Shown piece by piece: positions 46,436-57,168 of a DNA stretch of 64,000 nt (position 1 is the stretch's first letter; each line of letters starts with the position of its first letter). Source of the DNA: an uncultured Gammaproteobacteria bacterium (GTDB taxonomy: Bacteria > Pseudomonadota > Gammaproteobacteria > Steroidobacterales > Rariloculaceae); assembly GCA_963810755.1 (NCBI GenBank), contig CAWEOP010000006.1, forward strand, positions 465,057 to 529,056. Direction: 5' to 3'. The position numbers and the translations under genes were made by a program. Below the pieces are notes generated by a model. That model was given only the letters and a program-made list of their open reading frames with translations, was not told where the DNA came from and ran no database searches.

Positions 46436-48621
46436 AACGTTTCGCGCGGGCTATCGCGACCATCGGGGCCATTCCTTGCGGCCGTGCTCGCGGCCGTGCT
46501 CGCCGGCGGCCCGACGAACGCGTGGGCGCAACCCGCCGCGCGCGCGCACACGGCCGCGCAAGCGCAAGCCGGTCGCGCGGTGTACGCGACGGAGTGCGCC
46601 ATGTGTCACGGCGCGGACCTGCACGGCGGCGCGGGGCCGCCGCTCGCGGGCCAAGCGTTTCTCGCTCGCTGGAGTCCGCGCACCGCGAGCGAGCTCTTCC
46701 AGTTCATCCAGGTCACGATGCCGCCCGGCATCGCAGGGCTCTTGTCCGCGGACGACTATTTGAGCGTCGTCGCGTTCATCCTCGAAACGAACGGCGCCGC
46801 CGCCGGAGAGCAGGCGCTGACGGCAGAGAGCGCGGTGTCCATCGGCTCTCTCGCGACGGCGACGGCACAGACGGCGGGCGCGGCGCAAGCGGCGAGCGCG
46901 CCGCAAGCGGCAAGCGCGCCGCAGAGCGAAGCCGAGGTCCCGCCGCTCGGCGTCATGGTCGCGGGCACCGTCACGAGCTTCGTGCCGCTCAGCGACGAGA
47001 AGCTTCGTAAGCCCGACGCCGGCGATTGGCCGATGATTCGGCGCGACTACGAAGCATCGAACTACAGCCCGCTCGACGAGATCACGCCGCAGAACGTTGC
47101 GAGCCTCCAGCTCGCGTGGGTCTGGTCGATGGCCGATCGCGACGGACGCGACGAGCCCGCGCCGATCGCCTACGACGGCGTGATCTACGTGAACAACCCG
47201 CCGAACGTGATGCAGGCGCTCGATGGGCGCACGGGCACGCCTGATCTGGCAGACGCGCATCGCAGTCGACGCTGAACTTCCATCCGATGCGCGGCAGCGC
47301 GCTCGCCGGCGACAAGATCTTCGTCGCGACCAATCAGGCGCACTTGCTCGCGCTCGACGCGCGCACCGGCGAGATCGTCTGGGAGACCGTGGTCGGCGAG
47401 CGCGAGAACGGCGACTTCACGGCGAGCAGCACGCCGCTCGTGATCAACGGCAAGGTCCTGATTGGCACGGGCACGTGCCAGCAGTACCGGCCCGACAAGT
47501 GCTTCATCGGCGCCTACGACGCGGCGACCGGCAAGGAGCTCTGGCGGTTTCGCACCGTCGCGCTCGACGGCGAGCCGGGCGGCGACACTTGGAACGGACT
47601 ACCGGATCTCTTTCGCGCGGGCGGCGACGTCTGGATCACCGGCAGCTACGACCCGGGCCTGAACCTCACCTATTGGGGCGTGGCGCAGGCCAAGCCGTGG
47701 ATGCGCGCGAGCCGCCAGTCGGGCAACGGCGCCCTGCTCTACACGGCGTCCACGCTCGCGTTGAATCCCGACACCGGCGAGCTCGCGTGGCATTTCCAGC
47801 ACGCGCCGGGCGAGACCGCCGATCTCGACGAAGCGTTCGAGCGCGTGATCGTCGACGACGCGGGCGAGAAGCTCGTCATGACGATCGGCAAGCCCGGCAT
47901 CTTGTGGAAGCTCGACCGCGAGACGGGCAAGTACATCGACCACAAAGAGACGATCCTGCAGAACGTCTTCACGTCGTTCGACCCTGAGACAGGGCTACCG
48001 AAATACCGCCAAGACATCGTGGACCAGCGTGTCGGCGAGTGGATCCAGATTTGTCCGGGCACCTCGGGCGGACACAACTGGCAAGCGGTGAGCTACAACC
48101 GCAAGTCGCGGCGGCTGATCATTCCGCTGATCCGCACCTGCAACGAGCTCAGCCCGCAGGCGGTCGACTTGAAGGCCGGGCTCACGAGCTACGGCGCCGG
48201 CGCACGCGGCTACGAGATGCCGGGCACGAACGGCAACATCGGTAAGCTCGCGGCCTACGACGTGCGCTCGATGCAGGAGCTCTGGTCGCTCGAGCAGCGC
48301 GTGCCGTTCATGACGTCGGCGCTGTCGACGGCGGGCGGCGTGATCTTCGTCGGCGACCTCGCGCGCTCGTTCAAGGCCGTGGACGTCGGCAGCGGCGACG
48401 TGCTGTGGGAGACGAAGCTCGGCACGTCGGTGCAGGGATTTCCGATCTCGTTCAGCGTCGACGGCAAGCAGTACGTCGCCGTGCCGACCGGGTATGGCGC
48501 GGGCGCGCCGCAGTTCTACACCGAGTGGATCATCGACGAGGAGCTGAACCTCTCGAGCAGCGGCAGCGCGCTGTACGTGTTCGCGCTGCCGGAGAAATCT
48601 GCCGGTAAACGGCCGCGGTGA
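46432..48621 (+). pseudogene. PQQ-type beta-propeller dehydrogenase with N-terminal cytochrome c domain, frameshifted as assembled (about 3 sites)
   Basis: MKRFARAIATIG leader. Heme motif CAMCH, then an Ala/Gln/Ser/Pro linker with a short tandem repeat. Propeller WPMIRRDYEASNYSPL...APIAYDGVIYV...(shifts near 47230-47290)...[12 protein letters not shown]...[10 protein letters not shown]...[10 protein letters not shown]... No vicinal Cys-Cys. Confidence 0.8.
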
Positions 48622-48646
48622 TCCCAGCGCGGCGCGCCTTGCAGCA

Positions 48647-49672
48647 TTACTTGTCCGGCTGCCGTGTGTACCGCCAATCGCCGGACACGTGCCGTTCCAC
48701 CATGAACGCCGCCGGATTTCCCTCCGGATCGAATTCGAAGGAGAGGCCGTCGGTCCCCATGAACGTGGCGTCGGAGCGTGGAATGAGCCGCACCTTGTCT
48801 CCGACGAGTCCGTTCGCGTACAGCGTTCCGCCTTCGAGCTGAACCGTAACGGTCCGCGGTCGCGTGACCCACAGACCGCTGTACACACCTACGTACTTCG
48901 CCAAAATTTCCGGCGCAACGGTGACCGCGCCGACTTCGAGATCGGATTGACGGCCGATCCAGTGGGTCCGGTCTTCGCAGACGCCTTCGACCATCTCCGT
49001 GTCCGGCTGAAACTCCAAGTCGTACGTCACCGTCCACGGCTTCGCGAACGCTTGCGCGTCGGTGACGGTGAGCTCGACCTGTATCTTTCCGACGTTCGGC
49101 CGCCGGTACCGTTCGGTCGTCCGCAGCGCTTCCGTGTGCGGCAAGCCGCGCGCATCGAGCCACGTGCGATCGTTGAATCCAAAGCTGTCGACGACCAGCG
49201 TGTCGCCTTCCCAACGTCCGACCGAGTACCCCATCCAAGTGCGTTCGGGGTCGGCTTCGAGCTTGCGGCCGTCCATGAAAATGAGGCGGTATTCGAGGTT
49301 CTCGTAGAGGATCGCTATGAGTAAGGGCGTCTGGATGATGCGCCTGAAGCCGGCGACGGTCTCGGGCCCGCTCGGCTGGCACTGGAACGCCGGTCGGTCC
49401 TTGAAGAAGTTCTCTTCCCGCTCGCGGATCAGAGCCCGCGATGTCGCGGTGAGCGCCTCGTCGGGCACGTGAATCTTCGCCGGCCGGCCATTCCAAGGGC
49501 CGGAGAGATCGGGATGAGCGTCCGCGCCGCGCGGGGCCGGCGCCGCGAGATCCGGTTTACCGTCGGACGTGCGCGGGATGTTCGGCGTCGGATATTTGAG
49601 CCATTGCGAACTGGCGGGGAAGCCGACGGCGGCGAACGACAGAACAACTGCGACCCTGAGCGCAACGTTCAT
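48647..49672 (-). CDS. secreted Cys-bracketed domain protein (family copy 6) with extra C-terminal domain
   Basis: Signal MNVALRVAVVLSFAAVGFPASS. PDLSGPWNG, FQCQPSGPETVAGFRRI, GYSVGRWEGDTLVVDSFGFNDRTWLDARGLPHTEAL, ...EMVEGVCED. About 110 further aa follow. Confidence 0.75.
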   Translation of the reverse strand: MNVALRVAVVLSFAAVGFPASSQWLKYPTPNIPRTSDGKPDLAAPAPRGADAHPDLSGPWNGRPAKIHVPDEALTATSRALIREREENFFKDRPAFQCQPSGPETVAGFRRIIQTPLLIAILYENLEYRLIFMDGRKLEADPERTWMGYSVGRWEGDTLVVDSFGFNDRTWLDARGLPHTEALRTTERYRRPNVGKIQVELTVTDAQAFAKPWTVTYDLEFQPDTEMVEGVCEDRTHWIGRQSDLEVGAVTVAPEILAKYVGVYSGLWVTRPRTVTVQLEGGTLYANGLVGDKVRLIPRSDATFMGTDGLSFEFDPEGNPAAFMVERHVSGDWRYTRQPDK

Positions 49673-49701
49673 TCTCGTCTCCACGTCCGAGTCGCGACAT
49701 C

Positions 49702-50637
49702 CTAGCGCGACACCCAATCGGGTCGCGAGCGCAATTTGATGCGCGCACCGCTCTCAGGATGCGCGAACGACAGCGCGGCGGCATGCAGCAAATAGCCGCC
49801 CTCGCCGGGCGGCACTTCGCTCTTCGGTGTTCCGCCCGCGCCGAATAGCGGATCTCCAACGATCGGCGCGCCCGCCGCGGCAAGATGAATCCGGATCTGA
49901 TCGGGGCGGCCCGTGATCGGCTGCGCGGCGACGAGCGCACGCTCGCCTACACGGTCTGCGCCGTCCTCCTCGCCGTCTTCGCGCCGCGGCTCGCGCCGCA
50001 GCACGCGCACGCGCGTGAGCGACGCGCGGCCGTGCTGCGCGGCCACATGGATCTGGAGCGGCCCGTGCGCCAAACGCGCGATGGGTTGTCGCGCCGCGAA
50101 TGAGCCCGGCAACCGCGCGCCCTCCACCCACGCGAGATAAGTCTTCCCGAGCGTGAGCTCGCGGAGCTGACGTGCGAGCGACGAGCGGCCGAGCGCGGAC
50201 TTTCCGAACGCGATGAGCCCCGACGTGCCGCGCCCGAGCCGGTGCGCGGGCGCGGCTGCGGCGCGCGACGCATCGCTCGCGCGCACGAGCTCGAGCAGCG
50301 TGCGCGCCGAGAACGGGCCGGCGGGCAGCACTTGCAGACCCGAGGGCTTGACCACGACGAGCACATGCTCGTCCTCGAACGCCACGTCGAAGGACCCTGG
50401 CGCGTCGGGCTCGGTCCAAGGCGGGCGATGGAACTCGAGCTCGTCGCCTGCGCGCAGCGAATCATCGGCGGCGGCGCGGCGGCCGTTGACGAGCACGCGC
50501 CCGTGATCGATCGACTCGCGCCACGCCGCTTCGTCGGAGTGACGGAAGCGCGCGACGTGGAACGCGAGCACGCTCTGCCCCGCGCCGACACCGTCAACGC
50601 GCGTTCGGTAAACGTAGCCGCGATTCGCGTCGCTCAT
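49702..50637 (-). CDS. RluA-family pseudouridine synthase
   Basis: 311 aa. S4-like N-terminus, VVVKPSGLQV, catalytic HRLGRGTSGLIAF, ...ITGRPDQIRIHLAAAG.PIVGD. Confidence 0.85.
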   Translation of the reverse strand: MSDANRGYVYRTRVDGVGAGQSVLAFHVARFRHSDEAAWRESIDHGRVLVNGRRAAADDSLRAGDELEFHRPPWTEPDAPGSFDVAFEDEHVLVVVKPSGLQVLPAGPFSARTLLELVRASDASRAAAAPAHRLGRGTSGLIAFGKSALGRSSLARQLRELTLGKTYLAWVEGARLPGSFAARQPIARLAHGPLQIHVAAQHGRASLTRVRVLRREPRREDGEEDGADRVGERALVAAQPITGRPDQIRIHLAAAGAPIVGDPLFGAGGTPKSEVPPGEGGYLLHAAALSFAHPESGARIKLRSRPDWVSR

Positions 50638-50688
50638 GGGTACGCAAGCGACGCCCGCACGAGGAACGTGCCGGAACGGACGCCCGTC

Positions 50689-52153
50689 TTACTTCTTCTC
50701 GTCGAAGTTGAAGAGATCCTCTTCCTTGGGCCGGTCCATGCCCTGCTCCCAGTACTTCTCCCAGATCTGCGCCCACGGCCGGCCGTAGATGTCGGGCACC
50801 TCGTACTCGATCACGTTGCCCGGCGACTCGGGCGTCGCGGTGCCCTTGACCGGGAAGATGGTTTGCACGCAGTCGATGAACACGTACGGATCGCCTTCGT
50901 CGAAGCCGCTCAGCTTCACGAAGTTGCGGACGATGCGCACGGGCTCCACCAGCGCCTCGGGATCGTAGAAGATCGCTTCGTGGTTGAGCCCCAGGAACTT
51001 GCCGCTCGCGTCGCGGTTCGGCGTGTAGATCTCGATCGTCTGCAGCTTGTTCGAGTGCTCGTACGCGGAGTGCACCTTCCAGCCCTGGATGTTCGACGTC
51101 CAGGTGATCAGCGTGTCCTTGTCCCAGAAGCCGATCGTCTCGCCGTACCAGCGCGGCACGTCCTGCCCCAGGCGCGGCACCGCGCCGTCCATGTTGAACT
51201 CGCGGCCGATGTGGATGTTGGTGATGAAGTTGCGCGCGACGCCGGCCAGGATCTGCACGAGCTCCGGCGTCACCATGATGTTGTGCTCCCACACCGCGGC
51301 CTCGTGCCAGCGGCGCATGAAGCCTTCGGGCCAGCAGTACTGCGACGGCCACATCGCCTTGTTCGAGTTGCCGTGGTGGTAGGCCTCCTGGACCATCCGC
51401 GTCTGATACTCCGGCGTCAGCAGCGACAGGATCGTCGGCATCTGCACGTGCCGCATGCGGTACCAGTACTGGTTGCCCGGCGTGCGTCCCGGGTGCATGT
51501 AGCGGCCGTTCCATTCGTCCGGCAGCGTCTCGTAGGTGTGCTTCGTCGGGCCGCCGCGCTTCTTCGTCTCCGCGAGCAGTGCTTCGTAGTGTGCCTGCGC
51601 GGTCTTGAACGGATACGGGCTCACGATCGCTTCGCGCGGATAGTCGCGGTCGCAATAGCCCCACGCCGCCGAGCCGGGCGGGTGATCGCCGATCAAGCTC
51701 GAGCGGTTGCCGCCCCAGAGGTCTTCGATCGCGGCCGGGCTGTTGCAGCGGAAGTAGCGCGGGTCGGTCCAGAGCGCGCGATCCTTGTAGAAATCCTTCG
51801 ACGTGAAGAGGTCCACTGTCGAGCGGCTTGATGCCCGGAGGCGAGTCGCCGTTGCGCGCGGAGCCGAGGAAGAAGGGTTCCGGAGGCGGTCCGGCTTGTG
51901 CCGGCTGCCCGGGCTGCGCGCCCTGCCCAGGCCGCGCGGCTTGGCCGCCTTGGCCAGGTTGGCCCGGGCCGCCGGGCCCCTGGGGTCTGCGAGACGTCGC
52001 GCCTGTCATCTCGTATTTGTTGATGTCCGCGGCGAGCGGCGCAGCGCGGCCGACGCTCACGAAATCGATTTTGGCGACGGTTTGGCCGGTGGCAGACGAA
52101 CCGACCAGTCCTGCCGCGGCGATGGCCAGGACGCCCACTACGTTGTTCTTCAT
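50689..52153 (-). pseudogene. large member of the Cys-bracketed family (copy 8), one frameshift as assembled
   Basis: GGGGGA SD + MKNNVVGVLAIAAAG signal, P/G/Q-rich linker. Frame change near 51817. Then [26 protein letters not shown]...[11 protein letters not shown]...[22 protein letters not shown]...FIDCV (ORF 50689..51816). Confidence 0.75.
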
Positions 52154-52220
52154 GATTCCCCCGGGGTTGCTTCAGGCGCGTGCAGTCCCGGCGGATAGTA
52201 ATTTCAAACGCTGCGCGGCG

Positions 52221-54019
52221 TCACGAAGCCGACAAAACTTCGGTGTTCTTCGCGCGCCGATACTCGGCCAGGCCGAGGCGCTCGAGCAGCTCCGGGAAGC
52301 GCGCGTGCTCGCGCACGCGGGCAAACACCGGAAACCAGAGCCACGACAGGTTCATGTAGTAGAGGTCGACATAACCACGCCACAGTGCGTCGAACGCCGA
52401 GTCGACGTCGCCGTAGGCCGCGAGCCACCAAGCCAAGATCACCTGACCAGGCGGAGTCTGGTACTCAGGCGCACCCGTCGCGCCGCGTAGCTTCTCTAAC
52501 GCGCGCGGCGGATCCTCGCATACCGGGTAGACGTCCTCGAGGATCGGCGCGGGCTTCGTTTGGGTCAGATCGAGATAGCGGCGAAACTGAGCGCGAAACG
52601 GTTCGCTGCGCGCCCAAAGCCGGTGCAAGACGAGGTGCTCGACCATTTCGCGATCGCCGGCGAGATCTAGGCTCCGGCGATACTCCGTTTCCGCTTCTGC
52701 GTCGCGTCCCAGCATGATCGACAGCATCTGAACGAGCCCCGACATCTGCAGCGACAGCGGATCGCTGCGCATCGCCGCCCGAAAGTGCGCGAGGCCTGCG
52801 TCCAAATCGCCAATCGTCGTGCAGAAGATCCCGGTGTTGTACGGGATCTCCCACGGCGTGCCCGGCGCCAGCTCGCGCGCGCGCTCGAGCGCTCGCTCCA
52901 TCCCGCGCCAATCGCGCCGGAGGTGCAGAGGCCAACTCTGCGCCATGTGCGTCGCCCACCAGTGCGGCGCGAGCTCGAGCAGCTTCGCGACCGCTTCATC
53001 GATGTCCTCTGATCGCGCGAGCGCCGTGCTCCGGCGCGAAGATCAGTCGGCCGCGGCTCGTCGACGCGAACGCCAACCACGCCGCGGCGAAGTCCGGATC
53101 GCGCGTGACAGCCTCGCGGTACAGCTCCGCCGAGCGGACCATCGCGTAGGCCGCCGCTGTGGCTGGCAAGAGAGCGGGCGCGCAAGATACAGGTCGTACG
53201 CTTCGAGATCTCGCGTCGAGCCTTCGGCCAGGGCCGCGCGCCCTCGGCGAACGGCGTCGTGCCGACACCGAGCGTCGCGCTCAGTGCATTCGCGACGGCG
53301 CGCGCAATGTCGTCTTGGATCGCGAATATGTGCTCGAGCTCGACCGCGCGATCGAAACGCTCCGACCAAACCTGCGAATCGCCGGACGCGTCGATCAACT
53401 GTGCTGTGATCCGCACGCGCCCGCCGTCCCTGCGCACGGCGCCGGCCAATAGATAGTCGACGCCCAGGGCACGACCGATCGCTTGCGCGCTCTCGGCGCG
53501 GTCGCGAAATCGGAACGACGAGCTCTTCGCGATCAGCCGCAATCCCGTGACGCTCGCGAGCCGGTTCAGCACCTCCTCAGCGATCCCGTCCGCGAAGTAG
53601 CCTTGATCGCGCTCGCGGCTCAGATCCTCGAACGGCAAGACGGCGATCGACGGCTCGTGACGCCGCGCCGGCAACTCGGTCGCACGCGCTTGCGTCACCG
53701 TGACGGACTGCACGAATCGATAGCCGAGGCCTGACACCGTCTCGATGTAGCGATGCTCGCCCGCGCGATCGCCGAGAATCTGCCGCAGCGCGGAGATCGT
53801 GCGGCTCAGCGTGTTCTCCTCGACCACGGCGCCCTTCCACACCGCGTCGAGCAGCGCCTGCTTCTCGAGCAGGCGCCCGGGCCGCTCGACCATGAACAAC
53901 AGCGTGTCGTAGAGCCGGCGCGTGAGCTGAATCGGCGCGCCGTCGGCGGACGCGAGCGAGCGCTCGAGCCTGTTCAGCCGAAAGCTTCCGAACTCGATCA
54001 GCGAATCGTCTTTCGACAC
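52221..54019 (-). pseudogene. second wHTH + TolB-N-like + TPR regulator (paralog of 15578..17608), frameshifted as assembled
   Basis: GTG 54019. FGSFRLNRLERSL...IQLTRRLYDTLLFMVERPGRLLEKQALLDAVW...ETVSGLGYRFV. IAVLPFEDLS...YFADGIAEEVL. TPR part spread over ORFs 52996.., 53043.. and 52221..52946. No TM helix seen. Confidence 0.75.
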
Positions 54020-54146
54020 GTTCGAGGCCCAGCCGAATTTTTTCCGAAAAGTATCCGGTCGCCGGCAAAGACCGTGGGACCGCGGCGCCGTAAGAGTAGC
54101 GAACGGTCGAGGGGACCGGAAGCGGATCGATGGGAGGAGCGCTGCC

Positions 54147-55014
54147 ATGAGCACACACGGGGTTCGACGAACGCTTCGATTACGGGCCTGGGCACTACGG
54201 CCGGCCGCGGCGGCGGCCGTCGCCGCGGCTTATGGGGTTGCCGGCCCGGGCGCAGTTTCCGGACGTGCTATCGGCGACCGAGTGTCCGGGTTGCGCTGAC
54301 CACTTCGCGGGTCAGCAGCGCTTCGCGGGCACGTGGAGCTCTGCACTCACGTCGTCGGACGATCCCGAATGGACGCTCACGGACTTCTTATTGCGTCGTC
54401 GCGTGCACACCCGAGGCGCGCGCGGCCGCGACCGCACGGCTGACCGATCCCGCGAACGCGCATCGTCCCGGCGCTGGAGCTCTTGCCGCAGCGAGCTCCG
54501 AAATTCTCGTGCGACCCGCACGGATTCGCGTCCCAGGTGGTGTCGCCGCTGCCGCTGCGGATCGAGCAGCATCCGGGCCACGTCGTGCTTCATTACGAAG
54601 AGTTCGGCGTCGAGCGAGCGATCTCGCTCGGCGGCCACGACGCGCCTTCCGCGAATCAACCGCACTCGTTCGGCGTCTCGAAGGGACGGTTCGAGAACGG
54701 CGCCTTCGTCGTGGAGACGAGCCACATCCCCGCGGGCCGGTTCCACGACAGCTTCGGCGGCGCACCGCACAGCGATGGACTGCGCGCGACCGAGCGCTAC
54801 ACGACTGAGCGACGACGGCGACTCGCTGTTCCTCGTGCTCGAGCTCGTGGATCCCGCGACGCTCAGCGAGCCTCTGATCTTGACCAAGAGCTGGCGACGC
54901 GCTCCGAACGCCGCGATTCTTCAGTACCGCTGCGACGTGATGTCCGGGCAACTCGAAGGCGTGCTCGCCGATTACCTCGATCCGGCGACACTCGACGCGC
55001 GGCGGCGCGAGTAG
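54147..55014 (+). pseudogene. secreted Cys-bracketed domain protein (family copy 7), frameshifted as assembled
   Basis: GGAGG SD + ATG 54147. QRFAGTWSS (GxW), FSCDPHGFASQVVSPLPLRIE, GVSKGRFENGAFVVETSHI, ...SEPLILTKSW...LQYRCDVMSG. Pieces in three frames. Confidence 0.65.
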
Positions 55015-55503
55015 TTACGGCCGGAAGAACGTCAGCATCCGCCCCGCGCACATGATCGCGACGAGCAGGCACAACGAGATCGCTGCGAAGCAGCGCGCGA
55101 GCACCGGCGCGTCGCCGTTCGGGCCGAGCGCGAGCACCTTGCGCGCCTCGAGCGAATAGAACGCGAGCACGTTGAGCCCGAGCAGCGCGAGGCAAACCAC
55201 CTTCACCTTGAACGCGTCGTTGTAGAAGTACTGATCGGGCTGCCCGAAGATGAACAGCGAGCCCGTAACGACGGAGATCCCGAAGCCGATCACGCCGTAG
55301 CGCAACGACCGGTGCAGCGCTGCGGGCGCGATGCCTTTGCCGAGGCCGAGCAGGCGCAGGTCGAAGGCGCCGACGGTGCCGGTCATCAGCACGAGCCCGC
55401 AGAAGTGCAACGTCTCGCTGATCGGCCACGTCCACCGATAGTCCATCACCAACGAGTTGACGGGCGTGTGCGTGAGCCAATGAATGAGCTGCGGGAACGT
55501 CAT
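55015..55503 (-). CDS. 4-TM membrane protein, unknown function (tandem paralog B)
   Basis: MTFPQLIHWLTHTPVNSLVMD...ETLHFCGLVLMTG... 162 aa. Its ATG overlaps the upstream paralog's TGA (ATGA). Confidence 0.65.
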   Translation of the reverse strand: MTFPQLIHWLTHTPVNSLVMDYRWTWPISETLHFCGLVLMTGTVGAFDLRLLGLGKGIAPAALHRSLRYGVIGFGISVVTGSLFIFGQPDQYFYNDAFKVKVVCLALLGLNVLAFYSLEARKVLALGPNGDAPVLARCFAAISLCLLVAIMCAGRMLTFFRP

Positions 55504-56020
55504 AGCAGCTCGTCCGCGAACAGCACGGCTGCGTGTACGCGAGCAGCCGGCCGGTGAGCACCGTGCCGGCCCAGATGAGCAGCGAGATACGGCCCAACGT
55601 TTCGCCACGTCGTGACGACGGCGCCCGCGACCGCGAAGCCGTCGGAAATACCTCGCGGTTGATGCGCGTCACCGCGTACACGCCGAGCGCCACGAGCAGC
55701 ATCTTCGTATAGAACACAGGATTCGTGAGCGCCTTCGCCGGATATGCGAGCAGCAGCGCGATGCCCGATACCGTGTTGATGCCGAAACCGAGCCACATCG
55801 TGCGAACGTAGCCGGTCATCTGAGCCGCGCTCCCGAACGCGCGGATGCGCAGTAGCCACACGTCGATCGCGACGCTGATCCCCGCGAGCATCGCGAGACC
55901 CAGCGTATGCAGGAACAAGATGAAGGGAAACGCAAAGACCGACGGCGTTTCTCGGATCCAGGCACTGAGGTCGTTGCGCTCGAGCCAAAGGAGAACGTTC
56001 ACCAAGGCCGCGTGCTCCAT
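55500..56020 (-). pseudogene. 4-TM membrane protein (tandem paralog A), probable frameshift close to the 3' end
   Basis: MEHAALVNVLLWLERNDLSAWIRETPSVFAFPFILFLHTLGLAML... The frame from ATG 56020 has no nearby stop. The frame ending ...AAVLFADELL* (TGA at 55500) gives an ATGA junction with the next gene. Confidence 0.55.
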
Positions 56021-56042
56021 GGCGGCGGAACGCGAGCTGAAG

Positions 56043-56981
56043 CTAACGCGCCGGCGCCGCGGATGCCGCCGGCGCAGCGCCCGCCAACGGGAAATTGCCC
56101 TCGTACGGCGGCCAATTCGGCACCGGCCGCTCGGGTCCCGGGTAGAACATCGCCGTCCAGATGTCGCGTATCCGGCCGTCCTCGATCCAAAACCATTCGC
56201 TGAACGCATTGCGCGGCCGGACCGAGCCCGGCTTGCGGATGAACACCGCCATCCCGAGCACCACGCCCTGCTCGTCGTCGACGAGCGGGATGCGGCGGCC
56301 GGCGACGTTCGCAAGGTCGAAGCCCGCGAGCCCCGAGACGCAGTCATCGTTGTCGCCGTTGCGGCGCCCCGTAACGCGAGTGCCGTTCTCGTACCTGTTG
56401 CAGCCCTTGTGTGCGAGCACGACCTCGCCGTCGTGCGACGTGATGCCGTCGAAGTAGCTGCTCACGATCGCGATCATCCGGTCGCGCGGCAGCCGCTCGT
56501 TCGCGGGCAGCACGCGTTCCGGCGGAGGCGTGGCGGTGAGGCCGTCCGGGCTCCACAGGTTCGGCGGCGTCGCGCCCGGCAGCCCCGGATCGCCGTCGCG
56601 CGCGATGAACCATTCGGCTTCGGTGATCGCGCGGTTGTCCACGCGCAGCCGCGCCGTCACCACGGCGAGCTTGCCGCCCTCGTCGACGATGCCGTAGTAC
56701 GCCGCCTGCCCAGCGGTCTGATCGAGGTAGCGGCGCTGCACTTTGCCGAGCGCCGTGACGCTCTGCCAGACGCCTTTGCCGCGCGGCACGTTGATTGCGT
56801 TCTCGGTGTGGCGATAACCCACCGCGAGCGGCGCGGCCGCCGGGTCGTGCTTCACGACCGCCTGTAGATAGGAGTCGAGCGTGGATTTCAGGCACGCGCG
56901 GTCGCAGGCGGGCTGCGCGGGCTGGCCCAAAGTCGCGAGCGGGACTGCGATGAGCGCGAGGCACGCGGCGATGCGCTTCAT
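56043..56981 (-). CDS. secreted protein with N-terminal CDxxC (intact paralog of 35541..36533)
   Basis: MKRIAACLALIAVPLATLG signal. ACDRACLKSTLDSYLQAV... 312 aa. First gene of a three-gene same-strand cluster with the two membrane paralogs. Confidence 0.65.
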   Translation of the reverse strand: MKRIAACLALIAVPLATLGQPAQPACDRACLKSTLDSYLQAVVKHDPAAAPLAVGYRHTENAINVPRGKGVWQSVTALGKVQRRYLDQTAGQAAYYGIVDEGGKLAVVTARLRVDNRAITEAEWFIARDGDPGLPGATPPNLWSPDGLTATPPPERVLPANERLPRDRMIAIVSSYFDGITSHDGEVVLAHKGCNRYENGTRVTGRRNGDNDDCVSGLAGFDLANVAGRRIPLVDDEQGVVLGMAVFIRKPGSVRPRNAFSEWFWIEDGRIRDIWTAMFYPGPERPVPNWPPYEGNFPLAGAAPAASAAPAR

Positions 56982-57168
56982 GGGAAACCCCCGGTTCTTG
57001 CTATCCGCTCGATCGTACACGAACGGCCGTTTGGCGCGCTCGCCGACCGCGCGGACGCAAATGTCGCCACGCCGCGGAAAGGGGTCCGCTGAGTTGAAAA
57101 CTGCGGCCGTGCTACGCTTCCGACGGAGCGCGCCTCAGAGCCGCGCAACGATAACCGGGGGTCTACAC

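Noticed and set aside
46478-46501. 12-bp tandem duplication GCGGCCGTGCTC x2
   Set aside because: It simply encodes AAVLAAVL inside a signal peptide. It is a trivial slippage product, and the same stretch also contains a suspected indel.
50242-51831. 529-aa plus-strand ORF; similar cases at 60277..61638, 40818..41702, 21436..22554 and 15309..16421
   Set aside because: All are antisense or out of frame to genes with clear family motifs. Their peptides are low-complexity and R/A/G/H/D-rich.
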